Source: Chiloscyllium plagiosum (Eukaryota). Taken from it: a stretch of DNA of 64,000 bases. Positions 49,751-63,527 of this stretch are shown piece after piece. Under the pieces are notes generated by a model that was not told the DNA's origin, did not search any database, and was given only the letters and a program-made list of their open reading frames with translations. The DNA is taken from positions 14,173,937 through 14,237,936 of the forward strand of contig NC_057753.1 in assembly GCF_004010195.1 (NCBI RefSeq), read 5' to 3'. Numbering within the stretch: the stretch's first letter is position 1; each line of letters begins with the position of its first letter. The translations under genes were made by a program, and so were the position numbers.

Positions 49751-52278
49751 AATATCAAAAGTTATCATTATTTTTTGAAAATCCAAACATACCACATCTC
49801 CAGAAAAAAATACCTCTTAATAAATAGTTAAGACTTTCATAAACTTATGGCGGATTTATCCAATCATCTCACGCTATCCAAATGTTAATGCCTGCCCAGT
49901 ACCTGTTTCTGAGCCGACAGAATTTCGGAAAATGATAACCAATACACATAATATTTCCAACACCACTTGCTTTAGTGCAATTATAAGGCCCTTGTGTGTG
50001 AATCGTCAATCGTTTACCCATTAATTCCCGAGCAACATTTTCTTACTGATACTGATTACCTTCGAATACACCCTGGAACTAAATACTTCGATTCCTCTCA
50101 TGCATAAGATGATCATTGTAACCTGGTTTGTGATTTTTTTCTGTTATTTTTATTGTTTTCATTATTATTTCCATGACGTCTAATTGCACGGAAACTGTGT
50201 TTTTCGTCACTAAGCTTTTTTTTAAAACTTCACATATTTGTCAAAGCTTTTATGGTTAGTTAATGCATTCTCAGCAGTTTATCGCTCTTTGCTATTTTAC
50301 TTGTCTTCATCATTTTGAGCTCATAGCAAATACAATCCAATCAAATTTTTGAATTCGAAAATGCTGCCGGTCCCCAAGGCTGCTCTTTATTCTGACAGCC
50401 TTCTTTATATCATGTTGGATCTAATATCCATTCTTAATTTATCGTACAAACCCATGTTTGTGTCACCTTCCTTTTTTATTGTTGACTTAGATGGGACTGA
50501 ATAATTGATGCCATTCGTGTACATATCCATTAAATGTAAATCATTACCTGTCCAAAACCGTTCTAAAAAGTCTCCAATCAATCCTTCCAACTTTGCGACT
50601 CTTAGTCTCAAAGCACCTTTTTATTGCGAATCAGATGTTGAATAGTTCATCTATGCAGGTTGCGGCTGTTATTGTTCGCTTTAAATCATTTAAAGTACGA
50701 GAGTTCCAATGTTCAATTAATCCCTTTAAAGTTTCCGTCTTTGGGTATCATGCCATTCGTCTCAGCTTTAGTATTTCGCTATCAGTATCACTGCAACTGA
50801 TCACATTGAACAATCGAAAAGGATCATGCGCAAACAAATGCACACACATTTATGTGTACACATTTGCATATATATCCACATGCATGCAGACACACACACA
50901 CGCACACAGTATTCACACACACATTTATTTGTTGTTTTTTGCAACCAATTCTGATCCGTACTCATACTCATCAAATAGCCCAGAGGACGCTGCAGAAAAA
51001 ATAAGTGACTATTCTATCTGTGCTCTATCAAATGTTCACACAGATATCTGTAAATTCATCTACATTTTGACAATTTATTCGATCTCATTTGTTCAGATAC
51101 AACTTAAAGCGATAAACATTCGTCCAGTTCCCTCAAAGTGGTGACTCCTATTGTAGCAGTATAGGTCAACGGATGATGGGCGTGTGCTAAAACTTTTGAC
51201 GAAACTTGAACTGGAGTGTTTGACAATGTAGTATTGCAACATTTTGACAGAAATGTTTGCAATACTAAATTTTGAAATGAAAGGCATACTAATGGAGAAT
51301 GGACGGGCTTGACTGTCATATATCATTTGAGAGATTGTTGTAGCTGTGCTGGAAATCTAAGAACGTGTTTTGCTGTTGCTTAGTCACTGTAGGACTGTAT
51401 GACGCGGCACAAAACGGTATCCACGTTTCCTGTGCTGTCACAAAACACTTGACTCCATTTGGCTGCTGTGGAAAACATTGTTTCAAATCGCATTCCCTTC
51501 CCCTTATTCTTTCCAAAGTTCCAATGTCCACATGTTTTCCCACCACTTCAGCACATAAACGATTTATCTGTGCACCAATGCATGATGTGAGTACTGGACA
51601 TTCACAGTCTTCAGTACATTTCCAGTAAATTACCTCGCTAAACTCTTCTTGAACAGCACATCTCAGCATGGAGTCCAGGACAGCTCCACTTGTATCAGAA
51701 ATCAGTTAAGGAAACTCTGCACCAACGTGCAGAAGAGAAGAAGAATTATATGTTAATTGTAGCTCATTTACGTGCATGTTAGGAGCTACTGATCGACTCA
51801 TTCCGGATCATACGTCCCTGCCTTCAAAAAAAGCAATAAAAAAAGACACAGCTCAAAAGTGAAGAACACTAGTAGAATGACGATGATCAGTAGTCAAGTG
51901 ATTCAAGGCTCAAAGACAGTCAGATTCCTCCTCAGTCTCCTGAATTTTGTGTTTATGGAACATATTTTACGCAAGCCATACGTTAATTGAATGTCTCTGC
52001 GCTCTTTGCCATATCTCTCTATGTGAATCATCCAAACATCAGGAGTTCACTCTCCTGTCTGTAGTACCAGTTACCGTATCGTCTCTTGCACTGGTTGTTT
52101 GAATGTAATAAAATTATTTCATAGAGAAGGGAGGGACCATGTTCAAAGCATCTCTGAAATTGGTCAGTCCATTAAAAAAATTATGAGTAACCCTTAAATT
52201 ATGAGGTGAATGAAGTCAGCGGAAATCGGCACCATATGCAAGCATATGTGTTGAGGTCGTCTGATAGGAACTTTCAAT

Positions 52279-52317
52279 AGATATTGAACGGCGGCACGCA
52301 GTCTTTGTCTCACCGTG
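52279..52317 (-). other. 23-RSS of V9 with weak nonamer
   Basis: CACGGTG + 23 nt + TCAATATCT. Confidence 0.75.
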
Positions 52318-52725
52318 CCTCATTCCACAATGATACACTCCTGCGTCCGATAGCACTGTGCTGACAATACTGAGAATATTATAGCTTCTTTTGGGATCGA
52401 TGAAAAGATTGAATCGCCCGTCAGTAGCGTTCCCAATGATAGCAGAAAGGATGAATTTTGGGCCACAGTTCTCCAGTTGTTTGTACCAGTGGATACTGTC
52501 GCTGCCACTGGTGGCTGCATGGCACTGGATTACAACTGATTGTCCCTCATGTGAGAACATCTCCTCTGCTTGCTTGATTGCAGCCTTTCCACTCATGGCT
52601 GTTGAGGAAAAGGTGACCAGGTAAATGACAGGAAAAAAAAGCTGTGGTAATTAAAGCTGAATTACCTGCTGCAAGAAACACTTACCTAAAATAAGTAAAC
52701 ATACACTTATAGTTAGTCCATGCAT
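52318..52725 (-). CDS. TCR alpha/delta-type V segment V9 (family D), intact; leader 52725-52686, V exon 52598-52318
   Basis: Leader MHGLTISVCLLIL with gtaagt donor; AMSGKAAIKQ..VVIQC..IHWYKQ..GPKFIL..GRFNL..DAGVYHCGMR. Confidence 0.9.
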
Positions 52726-55165
52726 CGTTTTTCAATTTCTTTGAGCTCGCAGCATAGGGCAATCAATTTCACATGAGTAGATTCTGGATTGAATGCTGCT
52801 GCCTTTGTGTCATGTTTCAAGTTCATATCTCTTTTATATTCACAGTGAGCATTGGAGCAAACCAATCTTGGCGTCCCAATCTCACAGACACGTCTTCCTG
52901 TCGCACAGTTCCTCACTTGACTCCAAAACGTAGTATTCACTGAGAAGAGTGATGGGTTGACTCGTCCTTTCACCATTTGGAACTGGAATCATATTCCAAA
53001 GAGGCAGAATGTCCTGAATGCTGATGGTTTGGGAACCAACGCCAGTTTTAAGGCACTCATTGACCTTTCATACGGGACACTTGTGTTTGAAATACACTTA
53101 TCCGACAAAAATGGATTTTTGCGATATTATGAGCTCTCATATATGATTATATTTTACTGATTTTTATTCATGCAGAGCATATGAAAAACGATTAAAGCAG
53201 CATTTGTTTTGCTCAGGGACACTTTTAAAGGGTCGTCAAACTATAAGGATTATTACTGTAGCCGTGCTGCCATACATGCATGGTGCACACGTCTTTCGGT
53301 GCACAGTATTTTTATTGCTTGCATTTTACGCCATTCATCATCACATAATCAAATATAAGTTCACAGGAATTATATGCAAACCGAATACATGTACAGACAT
53401 GATGCATCAATAGCTGACTACATTAGTAATAATCATGGTAACTCAAGATCTTCTGTGCAAAATCAAATCTGACAATCGTGTGATTTTACAAGCGAACTTT
53501 TCAATGACAATGTGCGGCCATGAGATGCATAGTTGACACTTCCCATTTTTGGAAAATGCAATAATTTACTGTATTAATTTTGACTCAGAACAATAGAGAT
53601 AGAAATATTCTCAACATCAGAGCTATAACGCAGTCTGCAACATCACAATCACAGATTATATGGTCATCCTCACATTCCTGCATTATTCTGCTAGTTGCGC
53701 ACAATTTCTCGTCAGTATCGGTGAGATGACAACAGTGATTATGCTGCGTCAATGAAGAACTTTGAGACAAGTAGAGACATGAATGTAAAAACTGTGAGAG
53801 AGATGGATACAGAAAAGTCGGAAGTGATGCTGGCAGAAAGCCTGATGGAGAGGTAGGGAGAAAAAAGTAATAGATCACAGGGATAATGTAAGATTAAAAT
53901 GGAGAAAACTGGAGCGAGAAGAAAGAAGAGAGAGAGAGAGAGATAGGAATGCAAAGAGATTGAGGCAGTTGGTGAAATGACCAGAGGAAACACAGAGCGA
54001 AAAATAAGAGTGAGTGCAGAAAATGAAGTCAGATATTGAGCCTTTTAAGAATCGGAGATGAAAAACTTCACAGCACGATAACGTCATAGCAGAAATAGGG
54101 CAAATAAGTGATTCACTTTCATCAGGAGCTCGATATTTCCATCTGGTGGTGATCAGCGGTATATGATCATAATCTGATCATCTTTGACTCCTTAATTTAC
54201 TGAAGAATTTTAATGCATGATTCTTCTCGTTCGCAATGTTTAATTTTAATATCATTAAATGCAGTTGAACCTTGATGCAGGACTTCACAGAAATTCTGTT
54301 TAAATCCTAAATCTAAATTCTGATTGGGGTGCCTCATTAAACCAAAACAAAATTCCCCTTCTCCACTCATCATTACAACCAGTGGAGAGAATCACCGTGC
54401 TTGATTCCATCAGAATTTTCTTCGTTCAGGTGCAATAGGCCAGCCATTCCCGTGAAATGAACTGACTTTAAACAATATGGTTTAAGAGTAGTGCCAAAGA
54501 GATCCTGACTATAGAATTCTGACAGGTGCAACAGGTGCAAATATGACTCTGTATGTATGTATATTATACACACTGTGACTTTAATGTAATGGTCGCCATT
54601 ATAAACATGCACTTAGTTTGGTGAGCTTTCTGCAACATAACGTAAGGAGAAACTTAATTTACTACATAAATGCCATGAGGCGAACACGGTTGCAGGAGGA
54701 TAAGATGGAGCAACTGAGAGACTACCAGAATTTGAGAGAAAGAATTGGCACAAAATGAAGCAACTCACGATAAATATAATATTTTGCGTTACCATAGCTA
54801 TCTCACTATTTCAGAATCCTGCACCACATTTCCAACAAGCCTGATCTTTCACCCAGCCAGAACACTGACTTAGACAAATCAGTACATTTCCATTCGCTGT
54901 AATACAGGTCTCCACATGTGGCCTACTCAGTAGTTCCAACTGAGCGGTATCAAAGGGAGGATTGAAAATGTACTGAGGAACAGCAGAATATTTTTGTTGG
55001 CAATTAAAATACATGACTTTCCTGAGCAGAGTGCATTGGTTCAACTATTCAGTAGTTGCATTGCATGTGCAATCCTCGATTAAAACAAGTTTCAGCCTTT
55101 CCTTCCCTCATTTCCCAGACAGAGCTTCCCTATTTGAACGTGTATTTCTTTTGTTTGTTTTTCAG

Positions 55166-55240
55166 ATCTGAGTCATGAAGATTCTGTGATCATCAGGTTC
55201 ACTCATGCCTTTTTCGGAAGGAAAGATCAATCCTTACTTG
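55166..55240 (+). pseudogene. Truncated family-B V exon start (relic)
   Basis: Polypyrimidine tract + ttcag then ATCTGAGTCATGAAGATTCTGTG (DLSHEDSV), matching V4/V6/V7 exon starts; similarity lost downstream. Confidence 0.6.
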
Positions 55241-56535
55241 GTCTAGCCTACATCTGACTCCTGGCCACAGCCAATGTGGTTGACTCTGAACTGCCCTCGG
55301 AAGATCAGTGATATGGATAACAAATGCTACCATAGTCAGCGGTGCCCTCGTACCGTGAATGAACGATAAAGCAAAAAGATGCCTTCTCACTGATGCTCAA
55401 TATGGTTCTAACCAGGGACACTCAGCTACGAGCCGATATCTTGTGTTAAGAACAATGTCACTAGCGAAGACAACATCAGACCAACTTTTTCTGATCGTAC
55501 AGAGCCACAGACCCACGTTTTTCAATTCACTGTTTTTTTTTTCCGGACCATAAATGGAATGGGCTGCAATTGGCCACAACAGACGAAAAATGCCATCTGA
55601 TGGAATCAAGCACGGTGATTCTCTCCACTGGTTGTAATGATGAGTGGAGAAGGGGAATTTTGTTATGGTTTAATGAGGCACCCCAATCAGAATTTAGAGC
55701 ACAGCATTGTTCAAAGAAGGCAACCCGCCCGACTAGCAGCCTATTCAGCTCTGTCATCATTAATTTCTATTATCACAGAACCAGTGGTAGCATCATTTTG
55801 TGCAGACGACCATCTTGGGGGAAAAAAACAGCAAAAGAGGAATCGAATAATGAATGGCAGCTCACCATTCAAGATCTCCTCCAAGGTACGTTCCATCCTG
55901 TCTTGGAGCTGCATTTGCTCTTGCCCTTGATTCAAATCCCAGAACCCTCTCTCTAATAGCACTCGACATGCCCTGACATCCTCAAGAATGCAATGGTTCA
56001 AGAAGACATCTTGCTATCTCCTTCCCAAGAGCAATTAAGAATCAGTAACAAATTCTGGCCTTCTCTATGACGATGAGATCTCTTCAAAGTAAATAAACCA
56101 AAATAATTCACGAGGCAGATAAACCTCAGTGGACCCAGAGTTGGCTGACAGCAAGGTAACAGAATTCCAGAGGACACAATGGCTGGGAAATGAAAGCAAT
56201 CCATTGAAAAGTAAATGGCTGTGGCTTTGTACGATCATAGAAATCTTTAATCTCCATCCATCTCTGAATTTGAGGAATTGTAGTCTCAGTAAGGATATTG
56301 ACCATAAATCATCTCAGGATAAGTCAATTTATTGACAATCAGAAAATCGCGTTCCTAGGTTACCTATTAACGTATTATCCGAATTTGGTGATCATTTGGA
56401 GTACTCCATACAGATCTGAGTGCCCTGCTTTGGGAAGGATTTTATTAACCTGTGAAGGGCGCAGAAATGATTTCCAAAGGTGCTGCGGACATTTCCGGTT
56501 TTGAAGCAAAATCATGCATATCTACATTTCTGCAG

Positions 56536-56830
56536 GTGATCGTGGAGCAATTTAAGTCGCACAGGACTTGATGACAGTAATGCAGACTGAAAGGGACTCA
56601 TTGATTATTAATTCCAGCTGTTACACTAATCCAACTCGTATTAATTAGAACACATGGACGATCATAAATGCTTTCTAATCTGCATCACTAGGTGTACAAC
56701 TACTTTTAAAACAAACATTATGGGGCCAAATATTTCTGCCTTTATTTATCGTGAGGGGTATTTCCCTACACGTGACCTTTGGCTGTCTAATAGCGGAATG
56801 TATTCATTTGGACTGAGAAGTACAGACACA
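56536..56830 (+). pseudogene. Highly decayed TCR V relic
   Basis: tgcag acceptor; GDRGAI*VAQDLMTVMQTERDSLII.. and end DLWLSNSGMYSFGLRS; V-exon length. Confidence 0.55.
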
Positions 56831-56949
56831 GGACACAGAGGAAGCCTTTTTAAGTAAAGGATTACTACAATGGGAGATTTTGAATGAAGTATTGGCTCTG
56901 GACCGGGATTTATCGATTGTTAATACTAAGCAAGTAAAGCTTATACATT

Positions 56950-58500
56950 TGATTTGATTTGATTTCTTGCTATCACATAAACAAGATAGATTGAAAGTTA
57001 AGGTTTTGCATTCTAAGCAGCCAAGTCATATCTTGCATGAGTATCTGTGTAACACAACAGAAAGCAGAACATAGTGTTACAACTACAGATCAGCTCTAAA
57101 ACACGGGAGGTCCGTTCGTAAGGGTGATAGCAGCAGGAAAGAAACTGTTCCTGAAACTTGTGGGCACGTACATTAAACTTTCTAATGTTCTAATGGATGA
57201 TAGAGGGTCGAAGTTATGATAACTGGATCAGTTTTGCTGCTTTGATCAGTTTTGCTGCTCACCCGAGGCAGTGATAATTGTCATGGAAGTCAATAGAAGG
57301 AGGATTGGCTTTCATGATGCCCTGAATTGCATCACATTTATCCAATTTCTTGCGACCTTGGGCAGAGTAGTCGCCATTCCAAGCTTTGATGGAATCGGAC
57401 AGGATGCTTTCAATGGTGCTTGTATGCAAAGTGATAACAGTCATTGTGGAAATGCAGAATTGCCTTAGCGTTCTGTGGAAGTCAAGGTGTTGTTGTGCTT
57501 TCTTGTCTGTATCGTCGACATAAATGGACTGGGACAGATTGTAATGACATTTGCTTCTCGGAAATTGAAGTTTGCAAACAAAGTCAACTCAGCACCATTG
57601 ATATCGAAAGAGGCCTAAACTTCACTCCGTTTCCTGAACTCGATTAACCAGTTCCTTAATTTTGCCAACATTTATTTAAAAATTGTTTATGCACTATGCC
57701 ACAGGGCTATGTATCTCTTTCATATAATCTGTCTCGTTGTTGTCTGAGATCCAATCCATTGTGGAACAGCTGAATTTTGCTAGATAGTGTTGAATGTATA
57801 ACGAGCATAGTAAAGGGAGATGTGCACAGCCTTGTGAAATATCAGTTTTGAGGATAATTGTGGAGGAGGTATTGTTGCCTATCCTTACTGATGTGCTTTG
57901 TGGGTCACGAAGAAGCGGATCTAGTTCCAGACAGTGTAGTAGATTCCTAGGTTTCAGAGCTTGGAGATGTATTTGTTCGGAATTCTGGTGCTGAAGGCGG
58001 ACCTAACTGCTAATAAATAGGAGTCAGAAGACGCTGTCCTCATTATATGGTGTATGGCTAAGTAAAGGGTGACTGTCGTGGACCTAGTGAGATTTTAGGA
58101 GAATTGTACTGTTTCAAAACAATCTGGGAGTCAGGAGCTGCTTTTTGCATTTCATCGCCTCTCAAAGAATGTCATAACAATGGATCTCAGAGTGACTGGG
58201 CAGCAGTCGTTCTGGCATGTTTACTGCAGCAGCGGAATGATAGTAGACAACTTGAAGCAGATGGCAATGTCACATCGTAGTCACGAGAGGGTAAAGTTAT
58301 CTGCAAATATTCCCACCAGCTGGTCTATGCAGCATTTGAGTGCACAGTTAGTGGGAATATTCCAGATGGCGTCCTCGCTTTCTGTGGGTTCACTTTCAAG
58401 AAGAACCAATCTCTGGCGGTTTCTGTATGCACAGGTGCACTCGGTGCAGACGGGACACGTGACCTTCTTTTCAAAACGAACATAAAAGACATTAAGCTAA
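56950..58500 (-). mobile_element. Rex1/Babar-type LINE remnant
   Basis: STIESILSDSIKAWNG.YSAQGRKKL motif; colinear with 34570-36000. Confidence 0.7.
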
Positions 58501-59099
58501 TCTAGGAGGGGTGCATATTCAGCGATTCTACTCGAGTTTGCTTTGCAGTCCGTTCTATTGTGTAAGTCTTGCTACCGTCAAAGTGTGTTCGTTTGGTTAG
58601 TCTGGGATAAGCAGTGTTTGGAAAGCAGCAATTTATTAAAGCTGGACTCAGATTTCAATATTCGTCCACATTTCAGTGAGGAATTGTTTGCAAAAAAATG
58701 GTTGAGCTTGACCAACAAAGATGATCATTCCATATATATTAGTATCCAAGATTCTCCTATTCACTGCCCTTGGATTTTCCCACTTTTTTTCAAACGTCAT
58801 CAAGGCACAACTTGTTTTGTTCCAAGAGCAAGGTCAATAAAAATATAACTGTCTGGAAATGATCAATACGAGTACAATTATAATGTTTAAAATACCTTTG
58901 CATAAATGTACGAATAGAAAAGGTTTGAAGTGATATGTGCCTGGAGCAAACACATGGGTCTAGTTTAGTTTAGGATTATTCTCAGCATGGTGTAGTTCAA
59001 GTGAAGACTTTGTTTCGGTGCTGTATGACTCTTTGACTCAATGAGTATGACTCTAAGAGAAATAAACTGAACATCTGCATAAATATTAAACAACCAGAA

Positions 59100-60630
59100 C
59101 TTAGAACAAAGTACAAAGAACAATACGCAAAGGAACAGCCCCTTTGGCCTTCCAAGCCTGCGCCAAAGTATTTTGCATTCGTCCAGGTGTTGCTTGACTG
59201 CTGCTATTGGGTCTGCTCCAACCACGCCCTCTGGCCGGGCGTTTTAGGTTTCCTTTCTGTGAAAAAACATGCCGAACCCATCTGTTTGAAACATCCTTCC
59301 TACCCTCCCATCTCTCTTTCCCAACAGCGCACCTTGAACCTGTGTCGCCTACTAATTTGCCCCTACACCTTGGGAAAAGCCTCATACTTTCCAATAGATC
59401 CATGTCGTTCATAACCTGAAAAAATTCTATTAGGTCATCCCTAAATCTCCGGCATTCCAATGAAAACAAACCCAGTCTATCAAATGTTTCTTCAAAGATA
59501 ACATACAAAATGCCAATAGATATTTTTGAAACATCTCCAAATCATAGAAATTCTTCTGATAGTGTGAAGATAAGGACTGTAATCAATATTCTAAGTATGG
59601 CCTAACTAAAGTTCAATAAGGCTGCTGCACAACCTGCCTATCTTTATACTCAATTCCCCTTCCCATCAAACCAAGCATGGCGTAGACATTTATTACTATT
59701 TTAACTACTTGCACTGAAATCGCCAATGATCTGTGGAATGCACATACAAGTTCCCTTGGATAGCCATGCGTTTATGGGTTCAACCATTCGCTGTATAATT
59801 TCTACCTTTCTTTGTCCATCCACAAAGTATCACCTTACATTTGGTGCGATTAAATCCTATCTTCTATTTTTCCGTCCATGGTCCAACTGATTTATATCCT
59901 ATTGATTCCTAATCGTATGTCTATCGAAATGCAATTCAAACATTGTAACTGTGTTCGTATTGATCACTTCCATATATATTCAGACTGAACTTGGCACTTT
60001 TTTAATTGATCTTGCACTTGTAACAAAACTCCTCACTATCTGTAACTCTACCAATCTTGATATGATCCACAAACGTACTAATTCAACCAGCCACATTTTC
60101 CTCCAAATAACTTATGGTGATGACGAACAGCAGAGGTATCAGCACTGAACACTGTAGAACACCACTTGTCACAAGCCTTTATTCAGAAAATTATCCTTCC
60201 GCCGCAACCATGCTTCTCTTATGACTAGAGAAGTTCTGCATTCATCTCGCCAGCTCACACTTGATGTCATATGACTTCACCTTTTGTACAAGTCTACCAT
60301 GAGGGATCTTGTCAAAGTATTTACTGAAATCCATGTAGACAACTCTAACTACTTTTCGATCATCAATCATCTTCGTCACCTCCTCAAAACTTTGATCAAG
60401 CTACTGAGGCACAAACTTCCCAGCAAAACATGAGAAAGTCATCTCGTGCAGGTAAGTGCATGAGCTTCTAAATGCATATAGATCTTAGCCCTGACAACAT
60501 TTGCAATAATGCCCCTACCACTAAAGTGACGCTTATAGGCCTGTAATTTCCTGGATTATCGCTGCGGCAAGTCTGAAATATTGGAATAATATTGTCTATT
60601 CTCCAGTCCTCTGGAACCTCACCTGAGGCT
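59100..60630 (-). mobile_element. CR1 LINE 3' fragment
   Basis: DRLGLFSLECRRFRDDLIEFFQVM; upstream VYMDFSKYFDKIPH RT motif (~60340-60300). Confidence 0.85.
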
Positions 60631-60805
60631 GGGGGTTCTTTATTTTGTGGTAACGTTGGGTCAATCAGAGATCAGACTATCTATGTTTATTACAGTTTCT
60701 CTCTCTGAACATGAAATACGATGTTAATATATCAGTTCCGTCACAAACACTAACTTGTGGTTACAACTGCAGCACCAACAATCAGTTGAAATAAGCTCAT
60801 ATTAT

Positions 60806-60820
60806 CAGGAAGTGACATCA
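60806..60820 (+). promoter_or_regulatory. Composite Ets/CRE-like decamer CAGGAAGTGACATCA
   Basis: Exact AGTGACATCA (60811-60820) overlapping GGAA, upstream of psiV at 61681. Confidence 0.45.
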
Positions 60821-61680
60821 TACCAGCTTTGCTGTCAGCTTCCTTTTTTCATATTCTGCATGTTATTTAGACTCAACAAACACTTTGTGTTCTTTAGCAG
60901 CAGTCATGCAGATCCCCATTCTTGCTCTAATTTCTGTTACTCTCAACATCGGCAAGAGGGATTTTTTTAGACCAAAACATTTGAATTTCTAGCGAAACAA
61001 AAGACAGAAGATCGGGAGTATATTTTTATCTCGTGTTGGGCTCTGGATGAAGCCACACCCGTTACTGTGAGCAGTTTTAATATCTTCGGTATAAAAGAAG
61101 AGACAAAACACAATCTAAGTACGAATAATAATGATGAGACTAGAATTGAGGGATACAAACTATCGAAGGAAACAGTAAAGAGACTAAGTTTCTTTGCTGT
61201 GTCAAAGGGAGCGCTGAGGTGAAACCACATAGAAATGTTTAAACCGATGAAGCTTTTCAATGCTTTGAAATGGATAAGGTATTTCTACATTTCGATGACT
61301 TCAAAATTGTAGATCATAAAAATGAGACACGCGAACAAATGGATTACTAGTTCAGAAAAATCTTCTTTCCGCTTTAGAAAACGAAACTCAGTGCCAAAAC
61401 GAAATGCTGAATCATTTATCCAGACATATGAACGCAAATTTCGATAGACAGTGAAGACAATAAGCATGAGCGGGATGTCTAGACTTAAGAACCAAATGTA
61501 GCAAAGGAGAAGTTTCATTAGATACGTAAGCGCCAACTAGAACAGAAAAATTAATTTGTTATTTTCTGCTCGAATATTCATTTATTTTTATTATGAACAA
61601 AATGCATTTTTTTTCTCATTGGTCCTGTTCTGTTAAAAATGTCGCTAATTATTTCCGTTTTCTTTAACACCACGTTCCAG

Positions 61681-62023
61681 AACAGAGCGATGGAAATCCA
61701 GTTACGCAGGTTGAGCCTTCACTCACACATCCCGAAGGAGACGTTGCTACCTTAAACTGAAATTACATTGGCGATGCTTATTATTTATTCTGTTACCATC
61801 AGTTTCCAGGAAGGCAGCCTGAGTTTGCCACCCTGAGGTTCACGAGCGGTAGCGATTTGTTTAAGACAAATTATGCTCGAAACCGGTTTTATGATAATTT
61901 CCAGCAGTCAGGCAATATGTACCTACTGAACGCCTCTGATCTACGGCTTTCTGACACTTCTGTTTATTACTGTGAAATGTGACTCACAGTGGTAAGAATG
62001 AACGGAAGTCTCATATAATAACA
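61681..62023 (+). pseudogene. psi TCR V10 (in-frame stops)
   Basis: QSDGNPVTQVEPSLTHPEGDVATLN*..LFCYHQFPGRQPEF..DTSVYYCEM*; first Cys to TGA, conserved Trp to Cys; CACAGTG (61985-61991) + 23 + ATAATAACA; leader not identified. Confidence 0.88.
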
Positions 62024-62409
62024 TTCGCTGGTTTCTGGGTCACAGATGTTCCCGTTAAGGGCTGTTTATAACAGGGAGTCAGACAATAAAAATTCAGCAC
62101 ATTACTGAATGCATAAGAATTGTTACTACGCACCAAAACATTAATGAAACCTGTCACATCGAATATTGATTCTAATTATGTTATTCACTGCATGAGGACA
62201 GAATTACCTACTGCTTCTTTGGAGAACTGTGGGACTATCCCATTCATATAAGGAGTGATACGAAGCAGGTGATCGAAAGGGAGTTACAGCCATGTCCAGT
62301 TGCTGTCAAAAGAAGTGTTGTTAGAGGAAAGAGTAATTTTGCTTTCAATACGCCATTCTAAAGTGAAAAATTATTTTCATACAAACAAAAAGGAATTGAA
62401 TTGTTGCAT

Positions 62410-62725
62410 TTCATTAGATTCCCTACAGTATGAAAACAGACGAATCGACCCATCAAGTCCACACTCATCCTCTGAAGAGTAACCCACTCAGACTCATTCT
62501 CATACTGTACATTCACCACTGAATAATGCATCTAACACTATGCGCAAAGTAGCATAGCCATATCAGGTGACCTGCACATCTTTGGATTGTGGGAGGAAAG
62601 CAGAGCACCCAGAGGAAACCAAACCAGATATGGGGAGACTGTGCAACCTCAGTATAGACAGTCACGTGAGGCAGGAATCGGACCCGGTTCCCTGGCAATG
62701 TGAGGCAGCAGTGCGACCATGACTC
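62410..62725 (-). mobile_element. tRNA-derived SINE (HE1-like), decayed
   Basis: Homologous to 22185-22490. Confidence 0.8.
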
Positions 62726-63289
62726 CCTTAATAAAATCTATTAAACAATGGTTAATAGAGGAAAAACTATAAGGATCATTTGACATTTTGACGGCAGCAA
62801 AGCAGATGATCTGAAAACCACATTAATGCAAAAGACGAATTGAAGATAATACAGATTTTTGCTGCAAATACCAGAATTATTTTGTGAAATATCCACATAT
62901 AGTTAAGTTCCAATATATACATGAAGGTTCACCTGCTTCCATGATTAATTTTGCGTCCATCTTAGTTTAGGGCTGGAACCAATATTTCGACTCAAAACTG
63001 ATGTTGCAATACCTTGAAAATGTGAAATTGTGTGCAGTTCCTAATGAAAATTGTGAACTGTGTTTGGAATGTACTCAATGTAAACGAAACTGTAGTAGGT
63101 TCATGAATGCTGCATCTGTTGTTGTCATTTAGATTTGTCTGAAATCAGTGCTTCACACTAAAACATCTGTGTTGCTCCCCAGTCTGTCCACTATTCTATT
63201 CTCCTTGTACCACTGAAACAGTTTCTCAATCGATGAAAAATCCCCCTCCTCTCAATGTGCAGATGGATGCAGAAACTCTGCTCACCAAA

Positions 63290-63527
63290 CCCACTGTATT
63301 TAAGGAATTAGATTGTAAAGATGGGAGCTTGAGAGCATTGAAATGTTTATGAAACAGTAACAGTCGAAAAGGTGAATATTATGGTCACCATTTTGTCACG
63401 AGATAAATGCAAAAGAAGTTATGTTCCCCAACGGGAAGCACGGGTAATAAATTTAAGATATATGTTGACATTTCAAACTGTACCACAGCAACTGGGTTCT
63501 GTGAGACTGAGTCTGCACAGTTACGAT
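63290..63527 (-). pseudogene. Decayed TCR V relic
   Basis: ttgcag acceptor then DRNCADSVSQNPVAVVQFE; remainder degenerate. Confidence 0.5.

Noticed and set aside
50593-51144. 183-aa ORF
   Set aside because: Non-ATG start, runs through CA-rich low-complexity sequence, no recognisable domain
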